From positions 5,592 through 69,591 of the forward strand of contig JAEWBI010000020.1 of the NCBI GenBank assembly GCA_023391185.1: a DNA stretch of 64,000 nt, in the 5' to 3' direction. This stretch comes from Bacillota bacterium. Lineage in GTDB: Bacteria > Bacillota_I > Bacilli_A > RF39 > UBA660. This document shows positions 60,296-64,000 of this stretch, one piece after another. Numbering within the stretch: position 1 is the stretch's first letter; the number at the start of each line of letters is the position of its first letter. Under the pieces are notes generated by a model. The model had not been told where the DNA came from, did not search any database, and saw nothing but the letters and a program-made list of their open reading frames with translations. The position numbers and the translations under genes were made by a program.

Positions 60296-62239
60296 TAATT
60301 CTATTATCTCCCAAGCATCTGCATTCAAATGTGGAGCATATAAATCATATGTTGTTCTTTTCATAGCTATACATAATAAATATTTTGGTCTACTAATTCC
60401 AACATATACAATTTTTCTGCTTTTTTCGTGAACGTCTCCAATAGGCAGTTTTTCTTCTTTAAATAGAGGCAAAACTCTCTTAATGTCAGTTCCACTTTTA
60501 TAACTAGTCTCTAAATATAATGTAGCAGTATGAGTCTCCCCTTTTACTGCGTGAACAGTCGTGACTTCTAATTCAACCTTTTCTTCGCCATCTACAAATG
60601 TATAAAAATTATTATGTGAATTTAGTATTTCTTCATCCTGTGCTTGATTCTCAAATTCTATAAATGATTTTATCTGCTCATAGTTAATAAAATCTAATTC
60701 AAGGATTTTATTTTTGATTTTTAATTTCAGATTTTCAAGTTGAGATTTTTGTTCAATGTCTTTGAAAACTATGTTGGAAAGTTCTAAAAGAAAATCTTTA
60801 TAATAATAATTATTTAGTCCTTTGAGAAATATACTTAAAGACTTTGGGGTATACTTTCTATTATTGGAATCTTTTTTACCGCATCTATTAAAACATTCAA
60901 GATAGATTGAATCCACTAATTGAATCATTTTGTCCATCCTATTATTATTAATCATTACATATATTTGATTAATGTAATCATCTAAATATAATGTTTTTTT
61001 ATTTTGAATACTATTCTTTTCAAATTCATTCCAATAATCTCCAATTTGTATTCCAGAACCATCTTTTTTTATCATTCCAACTGCTTTAAAGATTGGATTT
61101 TTATTTTGGTTTAATCTTTTTTCTATTATTAAACTGCAAAACCTAGGAAGAACCTCTTTGATTTTATTATCATCATATACAATAATATGTGGCTTTAAAA
61201 CTGGCTCTGTAACAACATCAGAATTTATTACGTTTGGTTCGGATTTTAGTTTGGCTACTTGATTTGCTATTATTTGTGAAAACCTATTTGTATTGGACAG
61301 ATATAATTTGTTTTCAAATAAATTCCATTCGCTTTGTTCGTCATTATAACTATTATATATCGCTTGGTCAGTATCTCCTATTCTTTGAAAAATTGTTTGA
61401 CTATTTTTAAAAATTTTATCTAACAACTGTACTTGAAGTTTGTTACAATCCTGATATTCATCAACTAGTGATATATAGAATCTTTTGCTAATAATTGTTG
61501 TAAAACAAGGATATTCATTCAATGCTCTAATTGCAAAATAATATGCATCATAATAATTAATATTGCCATTTGCCCATAAATAGCTTTTTAATCTTATAAA
61601 TTCATTACAAGATTTGCTAGTACTATTAGAAATTAATCGACCGTTTTGCATTAAATCATTAGTTTCTGAATTTATATATAAATCTAATAAGAACTTTTTT
61701 TCATCTCCATTATATCCCCCTGTCTGAGCCGAGCGATGTACAAAAGGTCTTAAATTATATAATGGAATGCTTTGATTTTGATAAAGTTCATACAAGTCAT
61801 CATTATATTTATTACTATCACAAACAGTTATAGGATGAGAAGTTACGTTAGTTAAATATGGAAATACTATAAATTTGTGAATAAAACTCTGAATTGTACC
61901 AACAAAATTTGGATAACTTAATATTACTGAGGCTTTTGATGATAATTTTGATTTTATTTCATCTATAGCAACATTAGTATGAGATAAAATACACATTCCT
62001 CTATTATTTATAAATGGCATTTTATTAGCTAAAATATCTATTTTAGCTATTAACATAGTTGTTTTGCCAGCACCTGGGCAAGCTAAAATATCACAACTAT
62101 TTAATTCTTTTATAGCACTCTTAGCCTCTTCTGAAAAATGACAATCTTCTGGCAATATGTTTTTTTCTGATGAAGCAATATCATTATCGGTAATATTAAT
62201 CATCATTTTCCACCACATTTGCGGCATATCTAATACCAT
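60293..62239 (-). CDS. gajB: UvrD/PcrA-family helicase, GajB-like.
   Basis: Walker A CPGAGKTTMLIAK and helicase motif II VDEYQDCN are present. Size is 648 aa. It overlaps the upstream OLD-family gene by 44 nt. Confidence 0.65.
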   Translation of the reverse strand: MVLDMPQMWWKMMINITDNDIASSEKNILPEDCHFSEEAKSAIKELNSCDILACPGAGKTTMLIAKIDILANKMPFINNRGMCILSHTNVAIDEIKSKLSSKASVILSYPNFVGTIQSFIHKFIVFPYLTNVTSHPITVCDSNKYNDDLYELYQNQSIPLYNLRPFVHRSAQTGGYNGDEKKFLLDLYINSETNDLMQNGRLISNSTSKSCNEFIRLKSYLWANGNINYYDAYYFAIRALNEYPCFTTIISKRFYISLVDEYQDCNKLQVQLLDKIFKNSQTIFQRIGDTDQAIYNSYNDEQSEWNLFENKLYLSNTNRFSQIIANQVAKLKSEPNVINSDVVTEPVLKPHIIVYDDNKIKEVLPRFCSLIIEKRLNQNKNPIFKAVGMIKKDGSGIQIGDYWNEFEKNSIQNKKTLYLDDYINQIYVMINNNRMDKMIQLVDSIYLECFNRCGKKDSNNRKYTPKSLSIFLKGLNNYYYKDFLLELSNIVFKDIEQKSQLENLKLKIKNKILELDFINYEQIKSFIEFENQAQDEEILNSHNNFYTFVDGEEKVELEVTTVHAVKGETHTATLYLETSYKSGTDIKRVLPLFKEEKLPIGDVHEKSRKIVYVGISRPKYLLCIAMKRTTYDLYAPHLNADAWEIIEL

Positions 62240-64000
62240 TTATTAAATACGCCAAAAATCTATCAGATAGAATTTTGCTTTTTAGTTGTGCTTTCATTTC
62301 GTCATTAACCTTTTTTCTGAATAAATTAACATCGAAAATATCAACCAAACTTTTTGGTTCATCCAATATTTCATACAAAAGCAAATTTGATAAACACTGA
62401 GAAACTATAGCTTTTGATACCTTGTCACTTTCCTTTAACATTATTTCTTTATAAATTAAATATGATATTCTTTCATTAGAATAATTTCGCTCAGCCCATA
62501 ATTTATAGTCAGCATCAACTTGAGTATTTACTTCTACTATTTTATCTTCTGTAATAGGATTTTTTTCACTATTTTGCACTTTTTTTGCCAACAAAATAGC
62601 TTTATAAAAATATTTTTGTAAAGAACTTAATCCTAAACAATATTCAAATGTCCATCTAGGAGATACAAAAGCATTGATGTTTTTTTCACTAAAATAATTG
62701 TATTTTCTTGTAATTTCAGCTTCTAATTCTTCCATATTTTCTTGTATTTGTCCTGTTTCCAGAGATGGTTTGACATCACAATCGGTAATTATTGATATAG
62801 GAATATTTATATTGCCATCTTCTTCTGAAGCCCTTAAAAATATTTTTGAATATCTTAAAAATGCAGTATTTTCGACATTTACAATTGTTATACCATAAGT
62901 ATGTAGAGGAATATCTATTATTTGCGTAATAGTAGGTAATAAAATAAATTCTGAAATCCCCTCCACAAAAATTAGACCTTGTGAAAAGAACATATTAGAT
63001 TTCGTTACATCCAAAAATCTTTGTAAGAACAAATAATCACTTGGAGTCAATTTAGTTTTCTCAGGTTTTAAAGAAAATCCTTTATTATCTTTACATATCA
63101 AAATATTTTTTAGATTAATTTTTGAAGTGACATTTGGACTATGTGTGGTAAGAATAAATTGAACTCCGCCATTATCATATTCTTTTTGAATATATTCAAT
63201 TAATCTGAGTTGAGCCTGTGGATGTAAATGAGATTCAATTTCTTCTATTAAAACTAATTTTAATCCTCCATTGCGGCAATTATCTAGCAGTAATAATTCT
63301 GTAGCAATAAAAAGTAAATTCAGTGAACCTAAACCTGGTTTTATATCAGATAGCGATAATGACATTCCTTCTAATATTTGTTTTAACTTAGTACCAGAAG
63401 TCGAAAAATGAATTTCTTTAGATGAATTAGGATTACAAAATTCATTTAAATGTTTTACAATATTATCACTTACTTTTTTTCCACCATTATCAGAATCATC
63501 TGTTTCAAAATATTCTTCTATTTTAAAATTTGCATCATTTAATATTTGAACTAGTTGATGCTCTTCCCCACTTAAAAATGAAGTATGTCCTAACAAAATT
63601 TGAGATAATCGTGAATTTCTAGTTGCTCTTAAATCATATTCAGCATCTCTTAATGGCTTCAAGTATACTGCTTTCAACAACTCTCTAGCTTTAGAATCCA
63701 TAGTTGTACCATCATCAGTAAAACCAGCTCTAAATTCATTATAGATTTTATTATTCTCTTTAGAACAAATGCAAAAAACTCGCAACTTATATTTTATTGT
63801 TTCTATTCCATCTGAATTGGTATCCTTATATGCTTGTATCCATTCTAAAAAATTCTTTGCCTCTTCATCAGAAAGTTCATCAAATATGCATTCTATTTTA
63901 AAAACATTGCTTTCAAAGTCATCACTATAATAAAAATCATCGTCAGTTATTTTTATATATTCACTGCTTTGTGTTTGTAAAAGTATTTTAATTGCATCAA
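62196..64000 (-). CDS. gajA: OLD-family ABC-type ATPase plus Toprim nuclease, GajA-like. The N-terminus with Walker A lies beyond the window end.
   Basis: The OLD/AAA_15 signature LVLIEEIESHLHPQAQ is present, as is TTHSP. The Toprim motifs are LIFVEGISEFILLP (Glu) and ITDCDVKP (DxD). Hand translation shows the reading frame continues open from 63786 to 64000 (…EWIQAYKDTNSDGIETIKYKLRVF…), so the ORF-table start at 63785 is not the true start. Confidence 0.65.
   Translation of the reverse strand, partial: DAIKILLQTQSSEYIKITDDDFYYSDDFESNVFKIECIFDELSDEEAKNFLEWIQAYKDTNSDGIETIKYKLRVFCICSKENNKIYNEFRAGFTDDGTTMDSKARELLKAVYLKPLRDAEYDLRATRNSRLSQILLGHTSFLSGEEHQLVQILNDANFKIEEYFETDDSDNGGKKVSDNIVKHLNEFCNPNSSKEIHFSTSGTKLKQILEGMSLSLSDIKPGLGSLNLLFIATELLLLDNCRNGGLKLVLIEEIESHLHPQAQLRLIEYIQKEYDNGGVQFILTTHSPNVTSKINLKNILICKDNKGFSLKPEKTKLTPSDYLFLQRFLDVTKSNMFFSQGLIFVEGISEFILLPTITQIIDIPLHTYGITIVNVENTAFLRYSKIFLRASEEDGNINIPISIITDCDVKPSLETGQIQENMEELEAEITRKYNYFSEKNINAFVSPRWTFEYCLGLSSLQKYFYKAILLAKKVQNSEKNPITEDKIVEVNTQVDADYKLWAERNYSNERISYLIYKEIMLKESDKVSKAIVSQCLSNLLLYEILDEPKSLVDIFDVNLFRKKVNDEMKAQLKSKILSDRFLAYLINGIRYAANVVENDD

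Larger units (their letters stand above)
57634..64000. mobile_element. Left part of an integrated element: large serine recombinase, then a PD-(D/E)xK protein, then a Gabija-like defence pair. It is inserted into, or has truncated, the dac gene. The right end is outside the window.
   Basis: A recombinase gene lies about 390 bp from the dac truncation point, and the cargo consists of defence-type genes. The att sites could not be identified by eye. Confidence 0.45.

Overview
Very AT-rich Firmicutes/Clostridia-type chromosome segment; nearly all genes are on the minus strand. The region 1-33.1 kb is mostly core or housekeeping: rsgA-prkC-stp-rlmN, secG, two M16 peptidases, add-deoD purine salvage, uvrA, spoVAC/AD/AEb, a spoIIAA-like STAS gene with a sigF-like sigma factor, a ClpC-like ATPase, and a TetR-controlled ABC exporter pair. 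It also contains some oddities: a Pro/Val repeat gene, an Alg13/Alg14-like glycosyltransferase pair inserted between sigF and spoVA, and no spoIIAB. The region 33.4-56.7 kb is a large accessory locus, and it is the part I consider most likely to be a previously undescribed system. It contains three SipW-type (ER/archaeal-type, SGSME-motif) signal peptidases: one canonical, one fused to a ~550-aa C-terminal domain, and one catalytically degenerate. They are interleaved with a membrane-anchored McrB-like AAA+ protein and a 378-aa partner. Around them are at least 11 genes for secreted proteins carrying TasA/camelysin-like 'SipW-cognate' N-terminal signals, including a 1232-aa Asn/Thr-rich giant protein and a tandem array of six paralogs with conserved sigmaA-type promoters. 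The region 57.0-64.0 kb has a truncated PBP5/DacF-like D,D-carboxypeptidase fragment that abuts a large serine recombinase. That recombinase is followed by a PD-(D/E)xK-like protein and a Gabija-like pair (OLD-family ATPase/Toprim plus UvrD-like helicase) that runs off the window. This is consistent with an integrated defence-carrying element that disrupted the dac gene. No rRNA, tRNA or CRISPR array was seen. All homology statements come from reading motifs by eye; no database searches were run.
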